DNA of 64,000 nucleotides from Octopus sinensis (lineage: Eukaryota): assembly GCF_006345805.1 (NCBI RefSeq), contig NC_043000.1:6758001-6822000 (forward strand), in the 5' to 3' direction. The position numbers and the translations under genes are program-made. Positions 24,484 through 38,323 of this stretch are shown here, piece by piece. Below the pieces are notes generated by a model, which was not told the DNA's origin, made no database searches, and worked only from the letters and a program-made list of their open reading frames with translations. The first letter of the stretch is position 1. Each line of letters starts with the position of its first letter.

Positions 24484-26164
24484 TTATAAGAATTTTTCAT
24501 ATTAAAGCTTTATCGGATAAAGAAAGACAGAGCCCATAGCTTATATCCTTCCCATGTCCTCTATAAGAAGGAATTTGAGAAGGACAAGAATGAATGAGGA
24601 AAAAGTGTTTAGTAACGCAGAGCGTATGGAGTGAAAGAGTGGAAATCTCCAGAAGAAGAGTGCTGGATAAAAACAAGCGAGTGGAAACGGAGGTGGTAGA
24701 CATTCGTGTTTGGATAAGCAAGGAAGACAACAAAATGGGGTGGTTTACAAGTGCTTGTGGTATGTTAAGGAATAAAGGGGTTTGGTTCATCAACAGAGAT
24801 GGCTTTGTTTATTTGTTATGATTAGGTATCTCAGCATTGTTTGGGTTAATAATAAATATCACAACTTTGCACAAAGCACAGCAAGGGGCTTCATTCTCTT
24901 CACAACTCCCTGAACATGGCAATGAACACAACTCCATGATGGATGGGCAGTCAAGGTCAGATTCTCTTTTGTTGAAAGATTTATGATTTTTCAGGATCTG
25001 TAGGCATTCTCATATTTTGGACTCCTACTTACTTGCAGATTTTCAGTTAGGATTTTAAGCATCTTTAAGCATTCTCAGATTTTGGGATCCTATTTACTTG
25101 AAAATTTTCAAATTATTTATGTTACACTTGATGAATACAATTTCCAAACCAATGTTTTCTTTATACAGTGGAACCAAAACGCATTTGCTTCTTCAATACA
25201 ATGTTCACATATAAGTCAGCATGTCATTAAGAGTTCTTTTGGGGGGTTAATGATAAATATCACACATATATACTATAATTTGAAACTAAAATTCTTAGTT
25301 AAAATTTACCTTAATTCTGCATTGAGCTTTTATTAATTGGCAGGTGAGTAACATGACTTCAAATTCCAACCCTTTGGCATCCAGATTACTCTATCAAATG
25401 TGATATTTATTCACGTTGCTTTGAATTAATCATACATTATCTTGTAGCTTCAAGATTTCAATGATGTGATTGTTTATTTTTCAGATGACATTGTAGGTGT
25501 GAGAGACTGGATTTGTCCAGTTTGAACATGAAGTCAGTAGATTATTCGGACCAGATATAGTTGATTTAAATACAATATAGCCAGTTTAAATACTATTTTG
25601 TTATGGTTCAGATTAATGGTTAACAGTGTTGATTGCAATCCATTGGAAAATACCAATTCTCATTAACACCCTGCTGAAGTAATGGTTTGATGACTTGTCT
25701 CCAAATTATCAGCACCAGACGGATTCTATGGTCAAAATACTAAACTCAAACCACCTTAGACACAAGGGAAATACCACAGAAAAGTACAAGTATAGACAAC
25801 TAACCCAGGCAGCTAGAACTGGTTGGTTAAGAGCAAGTTTCTTTCCAGACTATGAGGTATTTCTTAGTTACTGAATGTCATGGACAGAGTAATAAGTTAC
25901 TCCTGTGTACACCAATGCATGGAAGTAATTGTAGGAGAAACCAAATATTAAATAAGCAATCAATAGCCTTAATATTTTGATATCATTAGCAAGTTTGTTT
26001 ATGTTGAGGTCTACTTATGTTTTTTTGAGCAATGTTTTAAGAGAATTTACTTTGCAATAAAACTCTCTGGACAATGTAATTTTAAATTTGAAACAGATAA
26101 AAATATTTCGTGAAAATAAGAGGAAGAAAGAAAGAGGGGGAGGGAGAGAGAGAGAGAGACAAAA

Positions 26165-26167
26165 TAG

Positions 26168-26202
<35 letters not shown>

Positions 26203-26205
26203 AAA

Positions 26206-26277
<72 letters not shown>

Positions 26278-26300
26278 GAAAAGAAAGAAAGAAAGGAAGA
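26165..26300. repeat. (AAAG)n microsatellite
   Basis: Visible directly. Confidence 0.97.
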
Positions 26301-27125
26301 GAAAAGAAAGAAGTTGAAGAAAGACTAGAAAGAAAGCATCTGCACTTTTACTAACTGCATAAAATAACAAAAATTAAAGTCTTTACAAATATCAAATCAA
26401 TGTTTAAGATGAGACGAAAACAAAAGAAAAGAAATATGAATAAAATCAGTTCTAAAACAAATAAAAATAGTTTTACATTTTGACTACAAAACTTGTGAAA
26501 CTACATGAAATTATTGAATGGTTGAAAAATAGTTTCTATTTTGTTCCTTTTTTTGCGGTTGAGAAAATAAGTCGTTCGCAATTGTTTATTATTTATCATT
26601 GTTTATTTTGGTAAATTCAAACAGACCACAACTCACGACGTTTCGAGTTACGTCGTTTTCAACTTTACACTCGACTTTACGTCTTTTTCTTCTTTTTTAA
26701 AGAAATTAATAGGAAAAATTAAACCTCAACGTCCCACCATCTGACTTGAAGTCGGTGTCAATAAACATGTTTAAAGGCATAAAAATTATTTTCAAAATCA
26801 AAAAACTAATACTGAAGTGGAAAATCAGATAAAATACAGGTGGAACTATGAATGGACCATCTTGGATCGCTTCTGTTTGCCGTCACTTTTTGAAATTTGA
26901 AAATTAAGCGAAAATTTTCAATTACCCCAAAATTTGCAAACTATTAACTGTTTATTTATTGATTTATGACTTAAATGAAATGCTTTTCAATAATTAGCAT
27001 ACCAAACATCGATACAGCAAACCCGAAATCAATTGGAACAAAATTGAAGAAATTGAAAAGTGAAAGCCAAACAGACAATCTGTTAAAACAGATTATAAAC
27101 TAATTAAGTTTTTATTGCGTCATTT

Positions 27126-27960
27126 TGTGTGTGTGTGTGAGTGTGTGTGTGTGTATGTTTGAGTGTGTGAGAGAGAGTGTGTGTGAGTGTGTGTGTGAGT
27201 GTGTGTGTGAGTGTGTGTGAGTGTGAGTGTGTGTGTGTGAGTGTGTGTGTGTGTGAGTGTGAGTGTGTGTGTGAGAGTGTGTGTGTGTGTGTGTGAGAGT
27301 GTGTGTGTGTGTGTGAGAGTGTGTGTGTGTGTGAGTGTGAGTGTGTGGAGTGTGTGTGAGTGTGTGAGTGTGTGGAGTGTGTGTGAGTGTGTGTGTGAGT
27401 GTGTGTGTGTGTGAGTGTGTGTGTGAGTGTGTGTGAGTGTGAGTGTGTGAGTGTGTGTGTGTGTGTGTGTATGTTTGAGTGTGTGAGAGAGAGTGTGTGT
27501 GAGTGTGTGTGTGAGTGTGTGTGTGAGTGTGTGTGAGTGTGAGTGTGTGAGTGTGTGTGTGTGTGAGTGTGTGTGTGGTGTGTGTGAGTGTGAGTGTGTG
27601 AGTGGTGTGTGTGAGTGTGTGTGTGTGTTGTGTGAGTGTGTGTGTGAGAGAGAGTGTGTGTGAGTGTGTGTGTGAGTGTGTGTGTGAGTGTGTGTGAGTG
27701 TGAGTGTGTGAGTGTGTGTGTGTGTGAGTGTGTGTGTATGTTTGAGTGTGTGAGAGAGAGTGTGTGTGAGTGTGTGTGTGAGTGTGTGTGTGAGTGTGTG
27801 TGAGTGTGAGTGTGTGTGAGTGTGTGTGTGTGAGTGTGTGTGTGTGTGAGTGTGTGTGTGAGTGTGTGTGAGTGTGAGTGTGTGTGTGTGAGTGTGTGTG
27901 TGTGTGAGTGTGAGTGTGTGTGTGAGAGTGTGTGTGTGTGTGTGAGAGTGTGTGTGTGTG
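27126..27960. repeat. (GT)n/GA composite microsatellite with higher-order structure
   Basis: gtgtgtga units. The marker gtatgtttgagtgtgtgagagagag recurs at about 27152, 27469 and 27737. Confidence 0.95.
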
Positions 27961-28082
27961 TTAGTGTTATGTCGGTTTTCGAGTTAAGCTTCATGTCTTA
28001 ACAGACGACACAAGTTGAAGCATGTCTGTAATATATATTTGTAAAAATTTGAATAAGATGACGCTGACAATAAATAAGCTGG

Positions 28083-29016
28083 GCTGCCGGCAGAGTTAGG
28101 AAGCACCAAGTTGGAATTTCTCTGTTTTGACGGGGAGTTTTCATATTTATTTCCACAGCGCTCTGGGAAATGATCGGGAGAATATTTAAAAAAAAAAAAA
28201 TTTTCCGAAAAATTTTGTTAACCCCCCCCCCCACCACCACCATCTCCTCTTGCCCTCTCCGGACCGATTTTGGTCGATGATTTGTGGGGTGGACACTACG
28301 CACTTAAAAACTTATAGGAGAAGCCTTTACGATAAAAAAAGACATATTTTTTTAAGAAAAGGTGTGTGAATTAAGGGACATTTGGGTGTTGTTTCTAGCA
28401 TATCTCATGACCGGTAAGGTTTAGGGCTGATAAAATTCCTAAATTTTCAAAAACAAAAAAATTTAAATACCATAAATGAGTTTACGCTATTAACGGGGAG
28501 AAAAATATTGAAAAACATCAGAGTGAGGAAAAAAACTAGGAAGGTGGTCATGTGATAAGCAAGAAACAACAGCCAAATGTCCCTTATACCACACACCTTT
28601 TCGTCTGAAAATACGTACTTATTTTTTTTACCGAAAAGGCTCCTCCTGTAGTTGTTAAGTACGTAGTGCCCCCAAAACAATCATGGTTTGCAGTGCCCAC
28701 AAAAGTGACCAAAATCGGTCCGGAGAAGGGAAGATGGGGGGAAAGGGTTAAACAAACAATTGGCGAAAGTAAAAAATACGTACACCCGGTGTTTAGGGTT
28801 AGGGTTTAAGGTTTAGGCTTAGGGTTTTTGTTACGCCGAAAATGGGTGGTGTACGTATTCTTTACCTTTTCCGAAAACAATTTTTCGAAAAATTTTTTTT
28901 TGTTTTGTTAAACAAATACTCCAGATCATTTCCAAGGGTACCGTAAAAAAAAATCTGAAAAATCCCCGTCAAAACGGAGAAATTCCCACCTGGTGCTCCC
29001 TAACTCCGACGTCCGC
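28083..29016. mobile_element. About 930-bp imperfect foldback element with nested inverted repeats and TTAGGG-like tract
   Basis: 28092-28215 is the inverse of 28878-29006, and about 28255-28410 is the inverse of 28545-28730. gtttagggttagggtttaagg occurs at about 28791-28825. Confidence 0.8.
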
Positions 29017-30334
29017 AAATAACTGCTTCTAATTTAGTCACAAGGCCAAAAATTTTGAAGGGAGAGTGAAATTTAATCGATATTATTGGTTCTGGTACTT
29101 GATCGGTGTTTAATTTTAGCGACCCAAAAAGGATGAAAAAGAAAATTGAGACCTCGGTGGAGTTTGAACTCTTGTTCATAAAAAGCCGGAATAAATACCG
29201 CAAAATATTTTCCCCGACGAACTACTGATTCTACCAGAGAGTGACAATGTGGGCGATGGTGTTGGCAATGAGGAAAAGGCCATGAAGAATTACCAATAAA
29301 TAAATAGACAAATGAATGAATGAATGACTAAATAAAACAACCCTTAGATGGAGTTTTTTTAGAGGTTTTCTTTTGCCTGACTGAATGATTGACAAAATAT
29401 TTTGTTCGTATATAACTTAACAATACTGTAAACAAATCAGAATACATTTTTCAAATAATGACCTGTATTTTATCTAGAGAGCCGGTTACGTTTAATTGAC
29501 AAAACTTAAGAACAATCAACAGATTTGTGTGCCATGTGTGCGATCACTACACGCAATTTATTATAATTTATTATAATTTATTATAATTTATTATTAGGAC
29601 ACCAGTAATTTAATAAATTTCTATCCGAAATCGAGCCTTTTTTCTATAAATCTAAGCACGTCTACCACTAAAGATGTGACTTGCGTGGGTTTGCAATGTG
29701 CCACAGAATAAGAAGAATTGCGTAATGTTACAAGACAAACTACTGTAATGCTCGCAGCTGCAAGAAGACAAGCGGGAGAAACCAAAGAGAAGATTAATAT
29801 GTTTTTTAAAAAAATGGAATTTTGATTTACGAAAATCATTAGTTCATTAAGTGATAACAGATTCAAAATTAATTAAGAGCGAAATTTTATCTTTTTGGGT
29901 TTTTTTCAGCACATGTTGTTTGAGCACCGCCGACTTTGTAACAAATGATCAGCCCATAAAAACAGTATATATACATATATATATATATACACATATATAT
30001 ATATTCTCTGTATTCTATCTCTATATGTTTTACAATTAATTCTTTTAAGCAGCAAATTTTAAACTGATAAACCAGATGATCAGGAAAAATATAAAAGTAA
30101 AACATTATTTTATCATTAACGAAGATGGACAACAGAAAGTTGTTAAACTTACCTTACTTTAAGGATAAACTCGAGGGAAGAAGAAGAAGTGTCGAATTTC
30201 TTGACGTCGACAATAATTGTTGTTGTTGAGCACAGTTTAACTTGGTACCTGTGTACTTTTGTACATTTATTTGCATCACTAGGATGGCAGTTAGCCAATT
30301 CTTGCAATAGGTAGGTCGTTATTCACAGGTACTC

Positions 30335-30375
30335 ACACACACATATATATATGTATATATGTATATATATATATA

Positions 30376-30411
<36 letters not shown>

Positions 30412-30471
30412 TATATATATATATAGTGTATATATATATATATATACACATACATACATATATATATATAC

Positions 30472-30525
<54 letters not shown>

Positions 30526-30885
30526 CTGTATATATATATACATACATATATATATACACATACATATAGAGTGTATATATATACATACATATATATATAT
30601 ACACACATACATATAGAGTATATATATACACACACATATAGAGTATATATATGTATGTATGTATTCTTTTGCTTGTTTCAGTCATCTGACAGTGGCCAAG
30701 CTATATAATATGTATACATATATATATATATGTGTGAATATATATATATATATATATACACACACATACACATGCATATATACAATTGCACTATACATAC
30801 ACACATATATGTATATATGTATGTATATATGTGTGTGTGTGTGTGTGTGTACACATGTATATATGTATATGTGTGTGTGTATGTA
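30335..30885. repeat. (TA)n/(CA)n/(TG)n microsatellite block
   Basis: Visible directly. Confidence 0.95.
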
Positions 30886-31289
30886 TTCTTCAATTGTTTG
30901 AAGAATATAGCTTACCAAAAATGGTGCCCATCTGTGACCACTGAGTATGAGGGTTAAAGATTAAATTTAAGTGTAGGAAGATATATAGAAAATATATAAA
31001 AATCTATTGTTTTATTTACTGCAAAAAATCCAAATAAAACAATAATATAGTTTTAAATGGTGATAAAAATCAATATGTTTGTCATTTTCTAATGATGGTC
31101 TATTTTTATCAAGATCTCAGAAAGAAATTAGGTCAGAATAACATTTCCAGTGCTGTTGCCTTAATTATGTAACTGCCTGGTGAGTTGACTGTCCCCCAAT
31201 AAGAACGTCTGCTTCTCTTCTCCCTTTTATTTGCTGGAAGTTGTCATGTTGTAAAACAGCATATTTTATAGAAACAACATTATTGATTA

Positions 31290-32290
31290 TTTAATCTATG
31301 AATATCGTAAATCATAAATATATTTATATAATTGCCTGGGTCTATTAAGTGCAATGATAGACCAAAAAAATGATTCATAGATTTTAGCGCAAAAACAGGG
31401 AGGGGAATCCATAAGCTGGCATAGATATGGTGTAGTTCCCTTGCACATGAAAATTAATTGGACTTGCATGCAAATCATGCTTTATATGGATACAGAAGAA
31501 ATACGATATAGAATATTTAGACAGGAATAAATAGTTAATTATATAATATGAGTTTAAGATGTAGGGAATTCAGTATAATGAAAATATGACATAACAGTCA
31601 GGGTATGTAATATGATAATATGAATGTGTGTGTATAGTTAAGATATGTATATATGGGAATTATATAAGGGAATTCAGAAAAATTATATGTTGTTGGATAG
31701 GGTTGGTGTTATGGAAAATATTTACTTAAGGAATGTTGTTAGTAGCAGTTTGTTCAGATTGTATAATCAAGATGTCTTATGAAAAATTGATTCACTCTAA
31801 ATTGGAAATATGTGTATCAGGGTTTTGGGAGGCAGATTCTAATTTTATGGATATTGTTATGAGTTGTTTATTTTTGATAGGTTAGGGATCTGTATAAACA
31901 TAGTAGCTGCTATAATGGATATATCTATGTTCTCCATGTATGAGTGAATATTTAGTGGGGAGGGCTTTAGATAAATGAGTATTCCATGATGTGGCTGCAA
32001 GGATGTATTTTAATAGGTGTAATAAAGATAATGTAGATATAAATGTATACTGTGAATTATATAAGCAATTGCGATTTAGGGTTGTAATTGTGTTTAAGTT
32101 CAAATGGATGGAACTGAGTAATGGGGAAAGTTAATGTGAATAAAAAACAAAACTGGGTATAATAGTCAGGTGTTTTGAATAACTAAATAGGAGGTATACA
32201 TTAAAAATAAAGTGTTAGAGGATATACTGTGGTGAAAAGAAAAGCCTGTAAATTTATAAGGTGAGAGCAGGATTGGAGAGAAAGGGTTAA
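31290..32290 (-). mobile_element. Possible highly decayed PLE-like RT remnant
   Basis: Faint resemblance only: SQYTFISTLSLLHLL to SYIRDTTDFL, MQVQ..GTTPYLCQLM to YQ..GTAMG..YANLFM, and YIYDL to YIDD. Strong strand compositional skew. Confidence 0.25.
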
Positions 32291-33131
32291 ATATAATGCA
32301 GCAAAGGTGGAAAAGAGATTTGGAAACAACGTGTTTGTGCAAATGTGCTCAATTGAAAACTCCACATACTGGACATCAGTATGATTCAGGTGAGGTTATC
32401 AGGAGAGAATGCACACCATTTTGGGGGTCTTCCTCTCAACAGACTTACAGTACACTAGTGCCTCCTCGTTGATATAAGGTCCTCACTAACTAGATTAACT
32501 GACTGGTATCTGATCTTATGTCCATTTTGAGATCATCACCACCATTCAAATTATGGAGTCATACAGGTTTGACTTACCTTATAGACAAACAGGTACCAGC
32601 CTCACACTCACATATCACCTTTCCAATCAAGTTTCATCATAACCCTTTTTTTTTGCCTCATTCAACAAGTATAAAGAGGTGTTATTAATTATAAGCTTTA
32701 ATATAGTAGGAACAATGTAATGCAGTGAGCTGGTAGAATTATTAGCACCCTGGGTAAAATGCTTAGTGGCTTTTCATCTGTCCTTATATTTTGAATTCAA
32801 ATTTTGCTGAGGTCAACTTTACTTTCATCCTTTCGGGGTCGATAAAATTTGTACCAGTTGAGAACTGAGGTTGACGCAATCGACTTACCCACCTGATCTT
32901 GCTGACCTTGTGCCAAAATTTGAAACCAGTATTGTAAAAACAATAATTTCTATTCCTCTAATCATAATATCAATGAATATTCTCAGCAAATCATAAAGCT
33001 ATTGTCACTTTCGATTTAATTTTCAGAATTTGATCAAGATTATTAGATATATCATTCAAATTTATGTGTATACAAAGAGTTAGGTCAACTGAGGTCTCTA
33101 TCAAATATACAAAATACTGACAACTTAGAGT

Positions 33132-33173
<42 letters not shown>

Positions 33174-33890
33174 TTTATTTAAGTCAAGCTAGGTAAAAAC
33201 ATGCGTGTCCTTGTATACGGTCTTGTCTGCTGCAACCCTCTCCAGCTGAGCATCCTTAATCTTGCAGGTTCATAAGTGCTGGTGCCATGGCAAAAGCACC
33301 CATGCCGGTGTTGTGTAAAACCACCCATTGCATTCTGTAAAGTGGCTGGCATTAGGAACGGCATCCAGCTGTAGAAACCATGCCAAAACAGACATGGAGG
33401 TTGAATAGTCCTTCAGCTGGTCAGCTCCTGTCAAACTGTCCAACCCATGCCAGTCTGGAAAACAGATATTAAATGATGATGATGATAATGACACACACAC
33501 ACACACACACATCAAGCTTCTTTCGGTTTCTCTCAACCAAATCCACTCAGAAGGCTTCGGTTGGCCAGAGGTCGTAGTAGAAGACACTTGCCCAAAGTGT
33601 CACACAATGGGACTGAACCTAGAACCATGTGGGTAGGAAGTAAACTTCTTACTACACATCCACGCCTGTGCCTACAATATATAAAGGAAAATGAAGAATG
33701 TTCATTTGCACCAAAAGTGAATAATCTTAGTCAGCTGTGCAACCCATTTTCTTTCTTGTTCTGAAGGTTTTATGCTACCTGAAAGACATTTTATGTCTAT
33801 TTTTTGCTTCCAATGAACTGTTTACCCATATAAAATAAGCACGGTATGCATGGAAGTCTAATTAAATTTGTATGCAAGGGAACAGCTTAC

Positions 33891-33966
33891 TATTTCTGTT
33901 AGAAAATGATGAAAACTGTAATCTTTGAGGTGAGCCAAAATGAAAACCTTTACATGGTCAATTGAC
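33891..33966 (-). CDS. Candidate internal coding exon of an unidentified gene: (R)SIDHVKVFILAHLKDYSFHHFLTEI
   Basis: Strong acceptor ttttgtttctatttccaacag and donor gtaagc. 76 nt, open in one frame (phase 2 to 0). Confidence 0.5.
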
Positions 33967-34698
33967 CTGTTGGAAATAGAAACAAAATTGTCTCCATGCC
34001 TTCCTCCAACAAGAAAAAAGAGGTGTATTAGATGGTGGTGTGGTTCTAGATGCATTTTATCTGGGGGTTAATTGTAACTGAAACGAGTACTATCTTAAGG
34101 TATAGTCACTCTAGGCAGTTGTCCAGGAGGTCTATGGGTCTATGGGTCTAGGGGTCAAATGCTAATCTATAATGACATTGAGATGACCCTGGATGGCATA
34201 CCTTTCTTCATAAATCTACATAATTAGAACAGACAGTTCACTGCTCTCCAATCTTCATTATGTTTCTTATTCCAAGATTCAGATCATCATCATTATGGTC
34301 ATTACCATTGCTATCACAACACCAACATCATCATCATCATCATCATCATTTTGGGCCACTTTTCTATGCTGGCATGGTTTAGATGGTACTATTTGAGACA
34401 GTATTTTATTTTAGTCACCTCTTACAACAAAAAGGAATATTCTAAGTAAATCATGATACAAACTAAGAGTAGTAACATTCTTATTTATTATACTGCTGCC
34501 ATATGTAAGCTATAAGGATGCTATTAGTCTTAGTTTAAAAATAAAGGCTCTCAGTTTCAGCCTGGTCTGATACACATCCTGCAATAAGATACTTGCTAAC
34601 AATTGGAATTGAAACCAAATGTAACAGTGTAAGAATCAGTATTGAAAACTCTTTACATCTGAAGATGAGGTGAATAATCTACAAAATTATAATCTTAT

Positions 34699-35020
34699 TA
34701 TTGGGTTGTCTGGTAAGTTTGTGCCGATTTATAGTAGCTTACCTTTCGACTTATTTTAGAACATGGTTGAGTCCATAAAATAGGATTTGACTACACCTCC
34801 ATTTAGAGCACAGTTTAAGCTATCTTTTTGTGGAAGATTTATGTTCCTATAACCTGTGTTAATTCTGTAACCCTTTAAAATGGAAGATAAGAAAGTTCAT
34901 TTTCGGCACTTGATGCTTTGGGAACCAGACAAAAATTGCTGCAGCTTGGCTGAGATGTGTTACCCCACCCTCCATATTCACCAGATATTGCTCCTTCGGA
35001 TTTCCATTTATTCAGGTTTA
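34699..35020 (+). mobile_element. Internally deleted mariner remnant (Mos1/mellifera-like)
   Basis: TAttgggttg TIR start. MEDKKVHFRHLMLWE is fused directly to LPHPPYSPDIAPSDFHLFR. Confidence 0.8.
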
Positions 35021-35884
35021 CCCAACACATTACCTGCTACCGTACAACTTTACAAAGGTCTGTACCTACTCAGGTAATCACCAGGAGCGCCTTTGGATTT
35101 AATTATCCCTCTGATACTTACACTATATATATATATATATATACGCATGTGTATATATGTATTAATATGTATATAAATTTATCATCACTGACTAGCTAAC
35201 TACTGTATCATACATTTTGATTTCTATCAATTCCCTAGGGAATTCTTTGACCAACTGCGTTACTCAATTGTTTTTTTTTTTATTATTCTTTCTCTAAGAC
35301 TTCAGATAATTCCTTTGAAAGTAAAGTTTTTTCAAGGGCCCCTTACATACTCACATTCCCCCACCCACCCCACTGTATATGGGCTCTAATGCCTTAAAGG
35401 ACCCACTTGCCATTGGGCAGGCTGACAACCTGAGCCAGTCCACGACTATTTGTGTACATGCAGCAGTACTGTCCTAGATATGTGAGCAATACTGCAATGT
35501 GGGAATGCTGTTGTTGCTTTGTAAATGTTCAACAACTGTTCAAACATTTGCTATTTTTCAGTCTTGAAGAGAAAGTTTATATTTGGTTATCACAAATTTG
35601 TAGTCATCTTGAAATAGGACACAAGAGACCTAATTTTAGTGGAGATACTATATAAGATTTAGCTGTATGTGATGAGCAGGAAGGTTGCAGTGTTGTCAGA
35701 CAGTTTCCTCAATTTATTATATCTCCTTTGGAGAATGATTTTGGAAATTAGTTCATAAAAGTAGAACAAGTGTACTTTATCACCTTCATTCTTTTCATTT
35801 CAGTACTATTAATATAACTTCAGAAGAGCCTGATCTGCTTTCATATACTACACAATAGTGTCTCTTCTTTAAAAGTTTGATTAA

Positions 35885-36105
35885 CCCTTTCATTACCAAC
35901 CTGGCCAAAACCACCTCTGGCTCTGTAGCACAAATGTCTTGTTTTCTTAAGTTTTGAATTAAAATCTTCCACCAAACCTTGGTTACAATTTATGTTACTA
36001 ACACTAGCTTAATGGTAACTAAGTTATTTTACTAAATTCTTTTTTATAGTTAAAGTAATTGAAAGAAACACAGAGCATCTCAAAATAAATACAGTAATGA
36101 AAGGG
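35885..36105 (+). mobile_element. piggyBac-like MITE family 1
   Basis: TTAA TSD, same TIRs, colinear with 22441-22660. Confidence 0.88.
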
Positions 36106-36369
36106 TTAAAAGAATGTTTTTCTTTCAAATCAGTGAACCCTTTCACTATGAACTGCTTACCAAAGTTATTTTCTTGCGGGCTGTGTGTAATGACTGTTTT
36201 GGTTCTGTTAATACTGGTTTGTCATGTCCCCTTTGGAAGATATTTTTGGAGCTTTGTCCATAAAAGTAGTACAAGAATAACACCAGCAATAAAAACTCTC
36301 ATATCTTGACCTCTACCCAGATGAGGTAACCTTTCTCTCTATCTCCTATAATTGTTGTCTCAGCTATAG

Positions 36370-36420
<51 letters not shown>

Positions 36421-36559
36421 ATAATAATAATAATAATAAAATTTAATATATTTTAACATAAACATTTAATATTAAAAATTGTGGCTTTATTGTTAATTTT
36501 TTTTTATTTTTCCAATGTGCATTTTGATTTTTTTGAGACTGAGCAATAGTAGAGCCTAT

Positions 36560-37735
36560 TACATACTTTTTGTTTTTCTTCTCAGTAACCACCAGTGTAG
36601 TGTCTCTTGTGTCACTTACCAGAGCTCTCTGACATTGCAGTTCAGAGAAGGCAATGTTGCTCATAAATACCAAGAAAGCCTTCAACCATGTCTGGAATGC
36701 AAACCTCCAACCAAAATTTCCAGTTTGCATGTTCCACCCATCTCTCATGACTTGAACCAGTAGCTTCCTACCTGATCACACTGTGACAATTATTGATGGA
36801 GCTCTTTCTGCCCCACTCCCAATCAACTCTGGTGTTTCCCAGGGTTTGGTTTTGTTCCACACTCGTTTTTTCGATACATCAATGACCTACTTCCCACCAA
36901 TTTTAACAAAGCATTCAGTTGGGCAGATAACATGACTTTTCACTCTTCCTTAACTTTACCCAACCATGCATCATCCACAAGCAGCCTAGACACCACATGC
37001 CAAATCAGAGATCTTGAAAGCATCCTTCAGTGGTGACATGGCAACCTTGTTACTTTTAACAGCAAAATAACAGAAGCACTGCTCAAATCAAGAAAACACC
37101 ACTGCACCATCCATCCACCAAGTATGAACAGCACTCAGCCAGAGCCTTCAGTTCCTCTAAATGCTGGTCCTCACTATCACTGATGGTTTTTCCTGGTGAA
37201 AGTACAGCCTTTATATAGCTAGGACCACATCCCAAAGACTGGCCCTTCTTTTTAGAGCAATAGATATTTCATCCTGCAACAACTGCTGACACTTTATAAA
37301 GCTCAAGTAAGTCCCAGAATGAAGTACTGATTCCACATAAAGGACAGTGTTGCTGTGATGTAAATAGACATCCAGAGAAGAATCACTCACCTAATTAGTA
37401 TTCAATCACTAACAGATACACTCCAGTTTTTGGTTTGCAAGCATGCTGTATCCTTTGTCTTTTCTATAATGGCCTCTGGTCCTTAGAACCAGCTAGTCTT
37501 GTACTTCCACTACACTGACACTCCTCAACCCATTCATCTTTCTATCTCTTGTCACTCTTTGTGTGACCAAACAGCTCATCCCTGCACTAACTATTATCCT
37601 CAGTCCTTTCTCCCTGGCATATCTGCTCTCTGGAATCTTCTCCCTGCTCTTGTCTTTCCTACAGATGTTGACACACAACAGTTTAACTGGAACATTAACA
37701 GCATCAAGCTCGCCGGTCTCAGAGAGCCCACAAAA
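36560..37735 (+). mobile_element. Decayed CR1/L2/Jockey-group LINE RT 3' fragment
   Basis: KAFNHVW, IDGALSAPLPINSGVSQG..YINDL, WADNMT and LWNLLPALVFP. Confidence 0.85.
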
Positions 37736-38102
37736 GCCACGTGATTATTATATACTCATCCTTCTCCAATGATTAGGCAGCAAAGTTAGTGGGGCACTTG
37801 GCAGAAAGCCTTAATATAAGACACAGAGAAGGTGGTGAGTTGGCAGAATCATTTGCATATCAGGCAAAATATTTTGCTGCATTTTGTCTGTCTTTACATT
37901 CTGAGTTCAAATTCCAGTGAGGCTGATTTTGCCCTTCATCCTTTTAGAGTTGATAAAATGAGCACTGGAGTCAATGTAACTGACTTATCCCCTCCCCTCA
38001 AATTACTGGTCTCCTGCCAAAATTTGAAATGTGGGCAGTAATACTGAAGATGATATTCTATATATTTGTGTATTCTTCTTGTACTTGATGTCAATATGTT
38101 AA

Positions 38103-38323
38103 CCCTTCAGCATTCAGATTACTCTGTCAAATGTAATATTTATTTGTCCCCATTGTTTAAAATTAATCAGGCAATTAACTTGTAGATTTGATATTTTGGT
38201 GATGTGATTGTATGTTTTTAGAATGATATTGTAAAGTAGGTATGAGAGATTAAATCTGACCAGTTTAAGCTTAAAATAAGTAGAATATTTGGGCCAGTTG
38301 TGACTGGTTTAAATGCTGAAGGG
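38103..38323 (+). mobile_element. piggyBac-like MITE family 2 (about 221 bp)
   Basis: TTAA-CCCTTCAGCATT ... AATGCTGAAGGG-TTAG. Related copies at 8074-8300 and about 25368-25620, with split copies at about 720-1315 and 22170-22860. Confidence 0.8.

Noticed and set aside
24497-25060. Purine/pyrimidine-skewed ORFs and a Cys-rich frame
   Set aside because: No consistent splice boundaries or recognisable domain; could be an old repeat.
26047-26370. Lys/Glu/Arg-rich and Phe/Leu/Ser-rich ORFs
   Set aside because: Translation of (AAAG)n.
26636-26680. CUCGAAACGUC on the minus strand as a hammerhead
   Set aside because: The upstream core is UUGAAAA rather than CUGAnGA, and stem I does not pair.
27104-27994. 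296-aa His/Thr-rich ORF
   Set aside because: Translation of the (CA)n/(CT) satellite strand.
28791-28825. Interstitial telomere or chromosome fusion site
   Set aside because: Only a few degenerate units, lying inside a transposon-like element.
36161-36310. Minus-strand gtaagc donor and signal-peptide-like MRVFIAGVILVLLLW
   Set aside because: That frame stops after 26 codons, no acceptor was found, and the phase does not fit the 33966 exon.
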